A stretch of DNA of 64,000 nucleotides from Myxococcales bacterium UBA1238 (GTDB lineage: Bacteria; Myxococcota_A; Bradymonadia; UBA7976; UBA1532): contig DBWM01000010.1 of NCBI GenBank assembly GCA_002309015.1, positions 62,501-126,500 on the forward strand. The letters run 5' to 3'. Of the stretch, positions 1 to 10,848 are shown one piece after another. Numbering within the stretch: position 1 is the stretch's first letter; each line of letters starts with the position of its first letter. Made by a program: the position numbers and the translations under genes. The notes below the pieces were generated by a model, which did no database searches, had not been told where the DNA came from, and was given only the letters and a program-made list of their open reading frames with translations.

Positions 1-492
1 CGACAGGCATTTGAAACTCCACAGGTTAAAGGTGAATGGACAACAGACTCAAAACGCATTATATGGATTCAAACCGCCTGAGCAAGCGATTTAATCCACA
101 AAAGGGAGCCTTTTTTAAATTTTTTGAACCCGCAGAATCGGACTCTGGATGGATCGCAGGCCAGACTACTCCTGATTTGTATGGAGATTACAAAAACCTG
201 GGGAGCCCCAATGGGTGATACCTTAACGGAGAAAGAAAATGGAGGAGCTGATGCGGAGGCGATTCGGGTGCGGGTTCAGGAAGGATTGGGGTGCGATCAC
301 TGGGAGCTTCTTTTGAGCGATCTGAAAGCCTCCTTTACGCTGCAAGCGAACCATTGCGGGCGCTCTGCAAGGGTTCCTTAACCACGATTTAAAACTTCCT
401 TTGAGCCGTAAGCGAGCATCCTTTGCCGCGATAAGGATCATCCCTTTCGGCCATTGAAATCTTTGAACTGCATCGATTGAATTTTAAACTGA

Positions 493-3027
493 ATGCGTAA
501 ACAAATGCTGCCATTGCTGTTTAAGAGCCTTCTTTCGGCCATCGGATCGGTTTTCATTCTGGCGTTTGTCGAATGGCTTTACGCTTACCGGTCCTGCGGT
601 TTCTGGAGTTTGTTCTCTTCCATCGCGCTCTGCAGTTACCTTTTGCCGCTGTTTTGCATCGTCTCTGTCGAGATCGCGCTCTTTTTCAAATGCCCGCTGA
701 TCAAAAAGGCGCTTGAGACTCCAAAACGCGCATATGCAGGGGCGATCGCGCTCTTTTGCGCTTTAAGTCTCTTTGCTTTCGCGGTTGCACCGCTTTATGA
801 ATGGGGCTCGAATCAGTTAAAACAGCAAACACTCCTGCCGCTGGTGCTCTCGCTCTTTCTGACAGGCCTCCTCTTTGCAATTTCGCTCTCTGTCATCGCC
901 CTCTGGCCCATTTTGGAGCGGATCGGTTCAAAGCGCGCTCTGGCGATTCCGGTAACTGTGCTCAGTTTCGTGCTGCTCCTCTTTGCGATCTTTAAACCTT
1001 TTATCGCGATCACGGCTAATCTGAACGATCTTCAGCGCTTATGCCTCATCCTGATCCCTTTGCTGCCGATCCTCTGTCTATGCGGTACAGCGCTCCTCAA
1101 ACCAAAGCCCATCGTGACCGCGATCGCTTCAGGGGCCTTTTTGATCGCAGCGGTCGTCGGATTCGGTATCGCCCATCGGCATGTAGAACATGTCGCTCAG
1201 TTTGAAACGCAGCATGCGGTGGCCGCTTTCGGTCTCTCGGCGATCCATCTTCTGGATGATCGCGACAGCGACGGCTATGGTCGCTTTGTGGGTCCCATCG
1301 ACTGCAATGATCAGGATCAGGAGATCAACCCCCTCGCCATCGATCTGCCGGATAACGGCATAGACGAGAACTGCGACGGTCAGGACAACCCCCTCGATAC
1401 GGGATCCAAACCGGTCATGGAGCAGTTTGCGCCGCTCCCTGAAGCGCTCAAAAAACGGTGGAATTTCCTCATCATCTCGATCGATGCGATCCGGGCCGAT
1501 CACTGCTCATACTTAGGCTATGAGCGAAACACGACGCCTCATATCGATGCGCTTTCAATGCATGGCCTGGTCTTTAAGCAGGCTTACACCGCCGCCAATT
1601 CCACGCAATACGCGATCCACAGCCTCTTTACCGGATGCCCCTACAGCGATCTTGAGATCGATCGAAACGGCCGCTTTGCCATTTTAAATGCCGATACGCC
1701 CACCCTGATGACGCGCTTAAAGCAGGCCGGATACCACACAGAGGCCCATCTGGCGGCACAGATGACGGGTGAGAGCTTCCTCGGACTGGCTGCTGGCTTC
1801 GATCTCTTTAAAGGTTACCCGGCCATCACTTTCAAGGGGCCTTCCGTGCCAACGCTGACACCCATTGTGCAGGACAGACTGCGGTTTTTGAGCAGGAAGA
1901 ATCTGCCTTTCGCCCTCTGGCTCCATTACATGGAACCCCACGAACGCTACGATGCGCATACAGAGTTCGATTTTGGTGATGAACCGATCGATTACTATGA
2001 CGGTGAGATTGCTGCCACCGACGCCGCCATCGGGCAACTGATGGCCGCATTAAAAGAAAATCATCTGAGCGAAAACACGGTGGTGGTGATCTTAGGCGAT
2101 CACGGCGAGGAGTTTAAAGAGCACGGTCGCAAATTTCACGGCAACCAGCTCTATGAAGAGAGCATCCGCGTCCCCATGATCATCCATATTCCAGGCTACG
2201 ATCGCATTGAGATCGATTCACCCGCCGTCACGATGGATCTGACGCCCACATTGGCCCATCTCGCAGGCCTCGAACCGATCGTTACATGCCCCTCGGTGAG
2301 CCATTTCAATCCGATCATCCAAGGCAAAAAGAAGCCCTCTGATCGCATCATTTACGTCGAGATGATCAGAAACAGCCTCAAACCCAAAGCGAGGCAGATG
2401 GCCCAAATTTCATGGCCTTACAAGCTCATCTACGATCCCCAGACCACATCCCGATGGCTCTTTAACTTAAAAGAAGATCCCAAGGAGCACCATAACCTGG
2501 CTTTCGAAGATCCCGACCGATGCTTCAAAATGGTGCAGCAGACCGAAACCCGCATGAACACGCAGCTTTACAGGCAGTCCAGCGCATTGATCGAGCGCTC
2601 GGTTCAAAAGCATGCAGCCGATCACATCCCCAAACCTTCAAAGCGCGCCGTCGAATTGACCCCCGGCCTTTGGTTAAACCACCACGAGATCTCGGACTAT
2701 GAGATGGCCGGCCGCAAATTCCCCATATTGAACCTGCAGTTGCTCGCAACCAAAGCCCCGCTGCCGAACATTCAGTTTAAACTCGAGGCCTTTGACGCCA
2801 AAGATCCCGCCGTTGCCATCAAACCTGTCCAAACCTGGACCCCGCTCTCCGGCTTCTATCCCACCGACCAATGGAATCCCGGCGATCTCGTCAGCGATCA
2901 CTTCTGGCTCAGCTTCCACACCCATAAAGGCCGCTTCCTGCTCAAGCTCTCCGTCTTAAAAGACGGCCAGGAGATCTATGGCCCGATCTCTTTAGGTGAA
3001 CTGGAATACAACAACCGCGCAAAGTGA
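493..3027 (+). CDS. Membrane-anchored sulfatase-family (alkaline-phosphatase superfamily, LtaS/arylsulfatase-like) protein. It has a polytopic N-terminal domain and a periplasmic catalytic domain.
   Basis: 844 aa. The N-terminal ~230 aa form several hydrophobic helices. A linker CNDQDQEINPLAIDLPDNGIDENCDGQD resembles the myxobacterial Cys/Asp metal-binding motif. Sulfatase-like motifs follow: ISIDAIRADHCSYLGYERNTTPHIDAL, then GDHGEEF. Confidence 0.65.
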   Translation: MRKQMLPLLFKSLLSAIGSVFILAFVEWLYAYRSCGFWSLFSSIALCSYLLPLFCIVSVEIALFFKCPLIKKALETPKRAYAGAIALFCALSLFAFAVAPLYEWGSNQLKQQTLLPLVLSLFLTGLLFAISLSVIALWPILERIGSKRALAIPVTVLSFVLLLFAIFKPFIAITANLNDLQRLCLILIPLLPILCLCGTALLKPKPIVTAIASGAFLIAAVVGFGIAHRHVEHVAQFETQHAVAAFGLSAIHLLDDRDSDGYGRFVGPIDCNDQDQEINPLAIDLPDNGIDENCDGQDNPLDTGSKPVMEQFAPLPEALKKRWNFLIISIDAIRADHCSYLGYERNTTPHIDALSMHGLVFKQAYTAANSTQYAIHSLFTGCPYSDLEIDRNGRFAILNADTPTLMTRLKQAGYHTEAHLAAQMTGESFLGLAAGFDLFKGYPAITFKGPSVPTLTPIVQDRLRFLSRKNLPFALWLHYMEPHERYDAHTEFDFGDEPIDYYDGEIAATDAAIGQLMAALKENHLSENTVVVILGDHGEEFKEHGRKFHGNQLYEESIRVPMIIHIPGYDRIEIDSPAVTMDLTPTLAHLAGLEPIVTCPSVSHFNPIIQGKKKPSDRIIYVEMIRNSLKPKARQMAQISWPYKLIYDPQTTSRWLFNLKEDPKEHHNLAFEDPDRCFKMVQQTETRMNTQLYRQSSALIERSVQKHAADHIPKPSKRAVELTPGLWLNHHEISDYEMAGRKFPILNLQLLATKAPLPNIQFKLEAFDAKDPAVAIKPVQTWTPLSGFYPTDQWNPGDLVSDHFWLSFHTHKGRFLLKLSVLKDGQEIYGPISLGELEYNNRAK

Positions 3028-3217
3028 TCAGGTAAGTGGGGCGCTGGATCCGATCGAAGCCGCGTCTGAATCCATTTCAGCCGAACAAAGCGATGCCTTC
3101 AAAGGCGCAATGAGAGCATCCAATAGCGGCTTTAAATGGAAACGGATGGGGGATTGAATGGGAACGGATGGGGGATTGAAAGGCAGGCTTTCAAGGAGGG
3201 CGAGGCTTTCTAACCTC

Positions 3218-5434
3218 TTACTTGAACAGGCTCATAGAGACGGTGACACCCGCCGTAACGATGGCGACCATGCTCATCAGCTTGATCAGGATGTTCAGAG
3301 AAGGACCAGAGGTATCCTTGAAGGGGTCGCCAACGGTATCGCCAACGACGGTCGCCTTGTGGCAGTCAGATCCTTTGCCACCAAAGTTGCCCTCTTCAAC
3401 ATATTTCTTGGCGTTGTCCCATGCACCACCGGAGTTCGCCATAAAGACGGCCAGAACGAAGCCGCAGGAGAGACCACCAATCAGCACGCCGAGCACGCCA
3501 GCCACGCCCAGGACCACACCGGTAATGACCGGAACCAGGATCGCGAGGATGGAAGGGAGCAACATTTCGCGCTGAGCGCCACGAGTGGAAATGCCTACGC
3601 AACGGGCGTAGTCGGGGGTACCCTTGCCTTCAAGGATGCCAGGGATCTCTTTGAACTGACGGCGGACTTCCTCCACCATCTTCTGTGCAGCACGGCCAAC
3701 CGCGTTCATGGTGAGTCCGCAGAACACGAATGCCATCATCGCGCCGACGAATACACCGACCAGCAACATCGGGTTCATCAGGTTGACGTTGTAGTTATTC
3801 ATGAAGTCGATAAGGGTCATGCTCTTGATCTGGGCGAGCGTAGCCTCAGCATTGCCCACCACGATCTTGGCCGCTTCACCCGCCTGCTCGGCCATACGCA
3901 CGAGGGCAATCTTAATCTCTTCAACGTAGGAAGCGAGCAATGCAAGGGCCGTAAGGGCGGCAGAGCCGATGGCAAAGCCTTTGCCCGTAGCGGCGGTAGT
4001 GTTGCCCAAAGCGTCCAATGCGTCGGTGCGCTTGCGGACTTCCGGTTCCAGACCGCTCATCTCAGCGTTGCCGCCTGCGTTGTCAGCGATCGGTCCGTAT
4101 GCGTCGGTCGCAAGGGTGATGCCCAGGGTAGAGAGCATGCCGACTGCGGCGATGCCGATGCCGTAAAGGCCGGTAGAGAGGTTTGCAGCCGTGAATTCAA
4201 CATGGAAGCCATTGGCGCAGAGATACGACAAAACGATCGCAATACCGACCGTAACGACCGGAATGGCGGTAGAAATCATGCCCAAACCGAGGCCCGAAAT
4301 GATGACTGTGGCGGGTCCGGTCAGTGAACTCTCAGCAACCTTTTGCGTGGGCTTGTAGGTCTGGGAAGTGTAAAACTCGGTCGCCTTACCGATGATGACA
4401 CCGGCTACGAGGCCCGAAATGACCGAGCAGGAGAGGCCAACGGCGTTCGGGATATCGAGCAGCTTAAAGATGCCAAAGGTGGCAAGGGCGATCAAAAACG
4501 CGGCGGTATTGGTTCCGCGTGCGAGGGCCTTGAGCAGTTCTTTCATGCCCGCGCCTTCTTTGGTGCGGACCAAAAAGATACCGATGAGCGAGAGGACGAC
4601 GCCCACAGAGGCGATCATCATCGGGGCTATGACCGCTTTCATTTGCAGCGCACTGTTGGCTGCAAAGGCCGAAGCGCCCAAAGCCATGGTGGCAAGGATG
4701 GATCCCGCATAGGACTCATAGAGATCAGCGCCCATGCCAGCCACGTCACCCACGTTGTCGCCGACGTTGTCTGCGATCGTTGCAGGGTTGCGGGGGTCAT
4801 CTTCGGGAATGTTGTATTCGGTCTTTCCAACGAGGTCAGCGCCCACGTCGGCCGCCTTGGTGTAAATGCCGCCGCCCACGCGTGCAAACAACGCCTGCGT
4901 CGAAGCGCCCATTCCGAAGGTCAGCATCGTGGTGGTGATGGCGACCAAATCCCAGTCGGTCACCTGCGTTAAGACCAGGTACCATACGGAGACATCGAGC
5001 AATGCAAGGCCGACAACGACCAGACCCATAACGGCGCCCGAACGGAAGGCCACCTGCAAACCGTTGTTTAATGACTTCTGAGCCGCAGCAGCGGTACGGG
5101 CGGAAGCGTAGGTTGCAGTCTTCATCCCAAAGAATCCGGCAAGACCTGAGAAAAAGCCGCCGGTGAGGAATGCGAACCACACAATCTTGTTTTGAAGCCC
5201 AAGGAGAGACATGACGAAAAAGAACGCGGCGAGCACAGCAAAGACGATCAGCACGATCTTGTACTGTTGCTTCAGGTAGGCCATTGCCCCCTTGCGGACG
5301 TGGGCGGCGATTTCTTTCATCAAATCGGTGCCTTCGTCCTTCTTTTTCATCGATTTATAGAAGTAGAAAGCGAGGCTTAGAGCCACAATGGAGGCTGCAG
5401 GTACAGCCCAGAAAGCAGGTATTATATCACGCAT
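3218..5434 (-). CDS. hppA: Membrane-bound proton/sodium-translocating pyrophosphatase (V-type H+-PPase)
   Basis: 738 aa polytopic protein carrying the signature motifs [17 protein letters not shown] and DNVGDNVGD(V)AGMGADL. Confidence 0.93.
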   Translation of the reverse strand: MRDIIPAFWAVPAASIVALSLAFYFYKSMKKKDEGTDLMKEIAAHVRKGAMAYLKQQYKIVLIVFAVLAAFFFVMSLLGLQNKIVWFAFLTGGFFSGLAGFFGMKTATYASARTAAAAQKSLNNGLQVAFRSGAVMGLVVVGLALLDVSVWYLVLTQVTDWDLVAITTTMLTFGMGASTQALFARVGGGIYTKAADVGADLVGKTEYNIPEDDPRNPATIADNVGDNVGDVAGMGADLYESYAGSILATMALGASAFAANSALQMKAVIAPMMIASVGVVLSLIGIFLVRTKEGAGMKELLKALARGTNTAAFLIALATFGIFKLLDIPNAVGLSCSVISGLVAGVIIGKATEFYTSQTYKPTQKVAESSLTGPATVIISGLGLGMISTAIPVVTVGIAIVLSYLCANGFHVEFTAANLSTGLYGIGIAAVGMLSTLGITLATDAYGPIADNAGGNAEMSGLEPEVRKRTDALDALGNTTAATGKGFAIGSAALTALALLASYVEEIKIALVRMAEQAGEAAKIVVGNAEATLAQIKSMTLIDFMNNYNVNLMNPMLLVGVFVGAMMAFVFCGLTMNAVGRAAQKMVEEVRRQFKEIPGILEGKGTPDYARCVGISTRGAQREMLLPSILAILVPVITGVVLGVAGVLGVLIGGLSCGFVLAVFMANSGGAWDNAKKYVEEGNFGGKGSDCHKATVVGDTVGDPFKDTSGPSLNILIKLMSMVAIVTAGVTVSMSLFK

Positions 5435-5667
5435 TGAGATTCTCCTGCGCCGGGCGGGCGCGTGAACAAAACGCGGCCATTTTTAAATGATTTATTGCAG
5501 TTGGCAAGACTTCGTTGCGTTCGGGCATATTTTTGCGGGCATTTCATTTGCATTGGCTCAAAAGGGCGGGCTGGAGTATGAAGCGTCACTTTTTTTTGAA
5601 GGGGCTGCAGCGCTTTTGGAGCGCTTTTTGGGGATTGCAGAACGAAAGCGTTTTTGAATAGGGGCTT

Positions 5668-8600
5668 TTGATGTCGCTGAAGGTGATCGGGAGCAATCAG
5701 GTTTTCCATCTGGTCGATCGTCTGGCCGAGGATCTCGCGCAGGATCCGCCGGACTGGCACGACGAGGCGTTCGTGGTGGTGGAGGGGATCGGTCAGGGCG
5801 AGATGGCGAGGCGCGGGCTGGTGACGAAGATGGGGCTTTGCGCGGGGGTGAGGTTTCCGCTGCTGCGCGTGGCGATGAATCGCATCTGCGAGGCGGTGCT
5901 GCAATCGAAGCCGCTCACGTTTCCCAAGATTGTGGACTACGATCCCTGGTGCAGGCAGGGGATCACCTTCGCGCTGATGGAGGCGCTGCTGGATCTGACG
6001 CGCGATCCCAGGTTTCAGAAGCTTCGGTATTATTTGAGATCGGACGATCTGAACGTTTTGATCGGCGATCAGGCGCGGCCGCTGGGCGATCGAAAGCTGA
6101 TGCGGCTTGCGATGGAGATGACGCGGCTCTTTCAAAATGCGTCGATCTACCGGCCCGGGCTTTTGGAGGAATGGTCGCAGGGTAAAAACATGGGGCCGAG
6201 CGATGCGGAGGGGCATCAGACGACGCTGAACTCCGAGTTGCAGCGGTTGCAGCCCATTTTATGGCGCATGCTCAATGATCTGATTCAGGGGACGAATCCC
6301 GCAAAGCGTTTTGAGGAGGCGATCGCGTGTTTGCAGCGGGGTCAGCATCAGTTGGGCATCGATCGGATCGCGTTTTTTGCAATCTCAAACCTTTCGCCGC
6401 TTTACGCGTCGCTCATTCAGGCGCTTTCAAGAACGATCGACACGCATCTTTATTTATGGCTGCCGAGTCAGGAATATTGGGGCGATCTCTCGATGAAGAC
6501 GCTGAAGGAGCAGCGGCGTCTGGACGATGCGCATGTCAACGGGCTGCTTGCGGGATTGGGGCAGGAGGCGCGGAATTTTCAGAACGTGCGCATGGAACAG
6601 CTTTCGGACGGGGATGAGGACGAAGCGTTCATCGAGCCCAAAGGATTTGGATTGCTGGCTCACCTGCAGAGATCGGTGCTCCATTGCGAGACGAGGGCGA
6701 TCCCTTACGAGAGCGAAGACGATTCGGTGCAGTTTTTGTCTTGCTACGGCGATTTGCGGCAGGTGGAGGCGCTTCGCGACAGCTTATACCGGCTGTTTTC
6801 GAAGGATCAGACGCTGCAGCCGCGCGATGTGCTGGTGCTGACGCCGGATCTCGACACGTTTGGTCCCTTGTGTCAGTCGGTGTTTTCGCAGCCGATGACT
6901 TTGAGCGACGGGCGGAAGCTGAATTCGATGCCGTTTCGGGTGATCGGTCGCAGGATGGCGGCGCAGAATCAGATCGCGGAGACCTTGATCCGGCTATTTT
7001 TGCTGGCTTCGGATCGCGTAAAGGCTTCGGACGTGCTGCAGCTGCTGACGCTGGAGCCCGTGCAGCAAAAGTTTCACATCGATCCCGAGCAGCTTTCGAA
7101 GATTCGCGAATGGGTGGAGGCGTCGGGGGCGCGGTTTGGCATCGATGCGGCGCACCGCGAGCAGCTTCAGGCGGGATCGCGCGATGAATTCACGTGGAAG
7201 TTTGGGCTTCAGCGGATGGCGCTCGGTCTTTTGATGGAGTCGCCGCAGGGGGGCGCAGGGTTCTGTCACCGGATGCCTTTGAACGGCCCGCAGGTGGATC
7301 GGCCGCTCGCGCTTCATTTTTTGGCGTTCTGCGATCAGCTGTTTTTTGTGCTCTCAAATCTTCAGACGCCGCGCCGCTGGCACGATTGGGCGGAGTTTTT
7401 GCTGGGGAAGCAGGATGCGGAGGCAGAGGAGGGGGATTCAAACGAAAAAGGCGTGCTTGCAAGGCTTTGCGAGGTGACTTCAAAGACGCGCGAGCAGCTG
7501 ACCGACGTGTACGATCTTCTGATGCCGCTTTATGCAGAGCCGGGCGATCTGCTGATCGACAAGGGCGCGGTCTGGGCCTGGCTTGAGGAGCGGTTTGGTC
7601 ACGCGCCGAGTTATCGTATCGCGTCGCAGGCGATGCTGATCTCGGATTTTCAATCGCTTCGGGGCGTGAGCCGCAGGGTGATCGCGCTGCTCGGGATGGA
7701 TGAGGGCCGCTTCCCCAGAAAAGATCGTGCCGTGCATTTCGATTTGATGGCCGCGTATCCGAAGGTGGGGGATCCTTCGCCGCGTTCGGAGGATCGGTTT
7801 TCGTTTTTGCAGGCGATCCTTTCGGCGGGCGATCACCTGATCGTGATCTATTCGGGGCATCACATCGTGGATCGCTCGGTGCTGTTTCCGGCGCAGCCCG
7901 TTCGCATGCTGTTTTCGGAGATCGATCGCGCGCTGCAATGCGATGAAACCGATGAGCCTCACCAGAAGCTGATTCAGGAGCAGAGGCTGCACGCGTTTTC
8001 GACGGGGCATTTTCTGGAGTCGGATCCCCAGAGACAAAGCTTTGATGCGCAGATGCTCAAGGGGGCAAAGGCGCTTTTGCAGAGCAAGCGGCAGCCGCAA
8101 AAGAAGCTCTTTCAAAATCCGCTGCCGCCATATCTTTCGGACGAGCAGCGGCATCTCGGGGCAAACGGTCTTTCGGTTCCGCTGTTGGTTGACGCCCTTT
8201 GCCATCCGCAGCGCCGGCTTTTGAGCGATCGGCTGGGGATAGAGCTTTTGAGCAGCAAGGAAGGGGCGCCGATCGCCGATGAAGATCGCTCGAAGCTGAA
8301 CAAACTCGAAGAATGGACGGTGGGGCAGGATTTGGTGCAGCAGATCTGGCAGGAGGCGGAGCGGGAATCTGAAGAGGAGAGGCGATCGCAGGCGGTGCGC
8401 GAAGAGCCGGAGCAGATCGATCTCTTTGGCATGATGGATGCGGGCGGATTCAACGAGGCCGACGAGAAAGACAAGGCCGAAGCAGGCCAGCTTCAGGAAG
8501 GAAAACGGGCGAAAAACATCGATCGCGCCTACGAGCGCAATCTGGGATCGGGTCGCGTGCCCGCAGGCATGCCCGGAAAAGTGATCGTAAGGGATCTCTA

Positions 8601-9354
8601 CGACTGCGCAGAGCAGATTTGCCTTCGCGGAAGGGCCCATGTGACTCAGGCGCTCTGCGATCTGAAAAAACTGAATCTCCAGAAAGAGCTGGGGCCCTGG
8701 AGGCTTTACGACGAGATCGATCGCGTCTCGTGCAGGCAGCTCAACGAAACGCTTTCTCGGGAGGAGCGATCCTGGGCGCGGTTTCATGCGAGCGATTTGG
8801 ACGACGAGGTGAGCGACAGTGCGGTGCGCGTCGATTATGGAAGCCTTCGGGGAAAGCGCCTGCTGCGGCCCTGGATTCAGTTGTTGATCTGGACGGCGCA
8901 GTCGGGCGGTCTCAGGCGCAAAATGAACGTCGTGGTGGGGCGGTTGCTGAGCGATCGATTCGGTGATTTTGAAGACATCGAGATCGCGGTGCCGGGTGAA
9001 ACGGTCGAGGATCGCTACCGCTTTGCGATGCAGGCGCTCGAAGATCTGTTGCAGGTTTACGAGGCGGCGATGCAGCGTCCGGTGATGCTCTTTGAAGGGG
9101 CGTCCTTTGCGTATGCTCAGGCTTTATTTTTAGGGAAGCCGGATCCTTTGAAGGAAGCAGAGAAGCAGTTTTCAGATACGACCTTTGGCCTGGCCGAAAG
9201 TCAGCTGCCCGAAATGGAATTATGCTTTGGCAAGCTCGAGGGGCTGAAGAGTGAAAACGGTTTGGGCGGGCAGGATGAATCGGAGTTTAAAGATCTGGCC
9301 GAAAAAGTCTGGCTGCCACTGCTACAGGCGATGCGATCGGGTGGTACAAACTGA
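5668..9354 (+). CDS. recC: Exodeoxyribonuclease V gamma subunit RecC
   Basis: 1228 aa with a RecC-like N-terminus (VVVEGIGQGEMARRGL, ...FPKI). It sits in the same cluster as clear recB and recD, and its size fits RecC. Confidence 0.7.
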   Translation: MMSLKVIGSNQVFHLVDRLAEDLAQDPPDWHDEAFVVVEGIGQGEMARRGLVTKMGLCAGVRFPLLRVAMNRICEAVLQSKPLTFPKIVDYDPWCRQGITFALMEALLDLTRDPRFQKLRYYLRSDDLNVLIGDQARPLGDRKLMRLAMEMTRLFQNASIYRPGLLEEWSQGKNMGPSDAEGHQTTLNSELQRLQPILWRMLNDLIQGTNPAKRFEEAIACLQRGQHQLGIDRIAFFAISNLSPLYASLIQALSRTIDTHLYLWLPSQEYWGDLSMKTLKEQRRLDDAHVNGLLAGLGQEARNFQNVRMEQLSDGDEDEAFIEPKGFGLLAHLQRSVLHCETRAIPYESEDDSVQFLSCYGDLRQVEALRDSLYRLFSKDQTLQPRDVLVLTPDLDTFGPLCQSVFSQPMTLSDGRKLNSMPFRVIGRRMAAQNQIAETLIRLFLLASDRVKASDVLQLLTLEPVQQKFHIDPEQLSKIREWVEASGARFGIDAAHREQLQAGSRDEFTWKFGLQRMALGLLMESPQGGAGFCHRMPLNGPQVDRPLALHFLAFCDQLFFVLSNLQTPRRWHDWAEFLLGKQDAEAEEGDSNEKGVLARLCEVTSKTREQLTDVYDLLMPLYAEPGDLLIDKGAVWAWLEERFGHAPSYRIASQAMLISDFQSLRGVSRRVIALLGMDEGRFPRKDRAVHFDLMAAYPKVGDPSPRSEDRFSFLQAILSAGDHLIVIYSGHHIVDRSVLFPAQPVRMLFSEIDRALQCDETDEPHQKLIQEQRLHAFSTGHFLESDPQRQSFDAQMLKGAKALLQSKRQPQKKLFQNPLPPYLSDEQRHLGANGLSVPLLVDALCHPQRRLLSDRLGIELLSSKEGAPIADEDRSKLNKLEEWTVGQDLVQQIWQEAERESEEERRSQAVREEPEQIDLFGMMDAGGFNEADEKDKAEAGQLQEGKRAKNIDRAYERNLGSGRVPAGMPGKVIVRDLYDCAEQICLRGRAHVTQALCDLKKLNLQKELGPWRLYDEIDRVSCRQLNETLSREERSWARFHASDLDDEVSDSAVRVDYGSLRGKRLLRPWIQLLIWTAQSGGLRRKMNVVVGRLLSDRFGDFEDIEIAVPGETVEDRYRFAMQALEDLLQVYEAAMQRPVMLFEGASFAYAQALFLGKPDPLKEAEKQFSDTTFGLAESQLPEMELCFGKLEGLKSENGLGGQDESEFKDLAEKVWLPLLQAMRSGGTN

Positions 9355-9434
9355 ACATTAAAATGGAGATTTTCTCTTTTAAAATCGATTTGAATCGATT
9401 ATGGGTGCTTTACCTTGTTTGAAGGAGACATGCG

Positions 9435-10280
9435 ATGAAGCAAAAGCGTGTGCTGACGATTCAAGATATTTCTTGCGTGGGCCAATGCTCGCTTACGGTC
9501 GCCTTACCCATTTTGTCAGCAATGGGTCACGAGACGGCGATCTTGCCTTCGGCTGTGCTTTCAACACATACCGGCGGCTTTAAAGGGTTCACGTTCCGCG
9601 ATTTAACGGACGACATCGATCCGATCATGGATCACTGGCAAAAAGAGAACCTGCAGTTCGATGCGCTCTATACCGGTTATCTGGGCAGTCCCCGGCAGAT
9701 CTCTCTGATTGTCAACCATTGGGATCGTTTGAAGGCGCCGGGTGCGGTCACGGTCATCGATCCGGTGCTGGGCGACAAGGGAAAGCTTTACCCGGGATTC
9801 TCTTCGGAATTCCCCGATCTGATGGCCAGGTTCTGCGCAAACGCCGATGTGATTTTGCCGAACCTGACTGAAGCGTCGTTCATGCTTCACGAGGAATATA
9901 TTGAGGATCACCATACGCCCGAATATATCGAGCGCATTTTGAAGAAGCTCGTCGGACTGGGTTGCAAGCACGCATTATTGACGGGCGTCTCTTTCGAAGA
10001 GGGCAAGCTCGGCGTCGCAACGCTGAACGGCGACAACCAAAAGGTGAGCTACTACTTCAGAGATTTTATCGGCGGTGCCTTCCACGGAACCGGCGACGTC
10101 TTTGCAAGTTCGTTCACCGGCGCTTACGTGAACGGCAAGTCGCTTGAGGATTCCGCAAAGATCGCCGTCGATTTCACGGTCAAATCCATCGAATGCACCG
10201 TCGACGACAAGAGCCACTGGTACGGCGTCAAGTTTGAACAGGCTTTACCTTACCTTTGCAAGCTCTGCGGAACGATTTGA
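9435..10280 (+). CDS. pdxK: Pyridoxal/pyridoxamine kinase (PdxK/PdxY family, ribokinase-like)
   Basis: 281 aa. VLTIQDISCVGQCSLTVALPIL...YTGYLGS...VIDPVLGD...ILPNLTEASFML...GTGDVFASSF align motif-for-motif with E. coli PdxY. Confidence 0.75.
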   Translation: MKQKRVLTIQDISCVGQCSLTVALPILSAMGHETAILPSAVLSTHTGGFKGFTFRDLTDDIDPIMDHWQKENLQFDALYTGYLGSPRQISLIVNHWDRLKAPGAVTVIDPVLGDKGKLYPGFSSEFPDLMARFCANADVILPNLTEASFMLHEEYIEDHHTPEYIERILKKLVGLGCKHALLTGVSFEEGKLGVATLNGDNQKVSYYFRDFIGGAFHGTGDVFASSFTGAYVNGKSLEDSAKIAVDFTVKSIECTVDDKSHWYGVKFEQALPYLCKLCGTI

Positions 10281-10389
10281 TCGATCATAAAATCCAAAAA
10301 GCCGCATCTTCCTTTTGATTTGATTCGGCTTTGATTTATACTCGCAAATGAGCTCTTTGAAATTTGAGAGACGACCGCAACGAAGGTCA

Positions 10390-10735
10390 GCGAGCAAAAT
10401 CGATTGGAAGCATGGGCTGCGCGCTTCAGCAGCCCGTTCAAATTCGTTTGAAGACCCACCTCATCTCCATTGCAACCGCTCAAAATCGTTTTGAAGTGCC
10501 GGATCACCTGAAAGCAATCCATTCAAAATCTTTTGAGCGGCGATCCATTGAAAATGGATCCTCCTTAAAATCGTTCCCGCTCGCTGGCTATTGACTGTGC
10601 CGGTGCATCAAATCGATTTGAAGAAGCGGCATTTTGTAGAGCTGGTTCATAAAATCGATTTGAACAGCCAGCTATTGACAAGGCTGGTTCATCAAAATGA
10701 TTTGAACAGCCAGCATCACCAGAAACAGCAGCTTG
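10390..10735. repeat. Phased array (~43 bp period, >=7 copies) of a palindromic motif. Consensus is T(T)CAAAATCGATTTTGAA-like. Perfect copy: TCAAATCGATTTGA. Putative multi-site operator or iteron-like array.
   Basis: Copies centred near 10400, 10445, 10488, 10530, 10614, 10657 and 10700. The last three units are near-identical 43-bp tandem repeats (ctggttcat[c/a]aaatcgatttgaacagccagc). An extra isolated copy, ttcaaattcttttgaa, lies at ~11707-11722, 60 bp upstream of recB. Confidence 0.6.
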
Positions 10736-10848
10736 AACGCCATTTTGAGCGTTTTTTTGGCTTGAAACTTGCGTGTTTAAGTCAATTTAACTCCAAACTC
10801 TGTGAATCACCGCGCGAATCTGCGCATTTTTTGCAAAGGAGCTCCACG

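Noticed and set aside
3158-4327. 389-aa plus-strand ORF, and several other ORFs at 3222-5180
   Set aside because: They are fully antisense to or embedded in the confidently identified hppA gene. High-GC antisense frames commonly stay open. The translation is low-complexity and Arg/Gly/His-rich.
7480-8787. 435-aa minus-strand ORF
   Set aside because: It is antisense within recC. The protein is Arg/Leu/Pro-rich and typical of a GC-rich antisense frame.
10591-10848. N-terminal 86 codons of the ORF-track call 10591..11631
   Set aside because: This stretch is a translation of the 43-bp palindromic tandem repeat (HQIDL/KIDLNSQ repeats) from a TTG start. The in-frame ATG near 10849 is the more plausible start.
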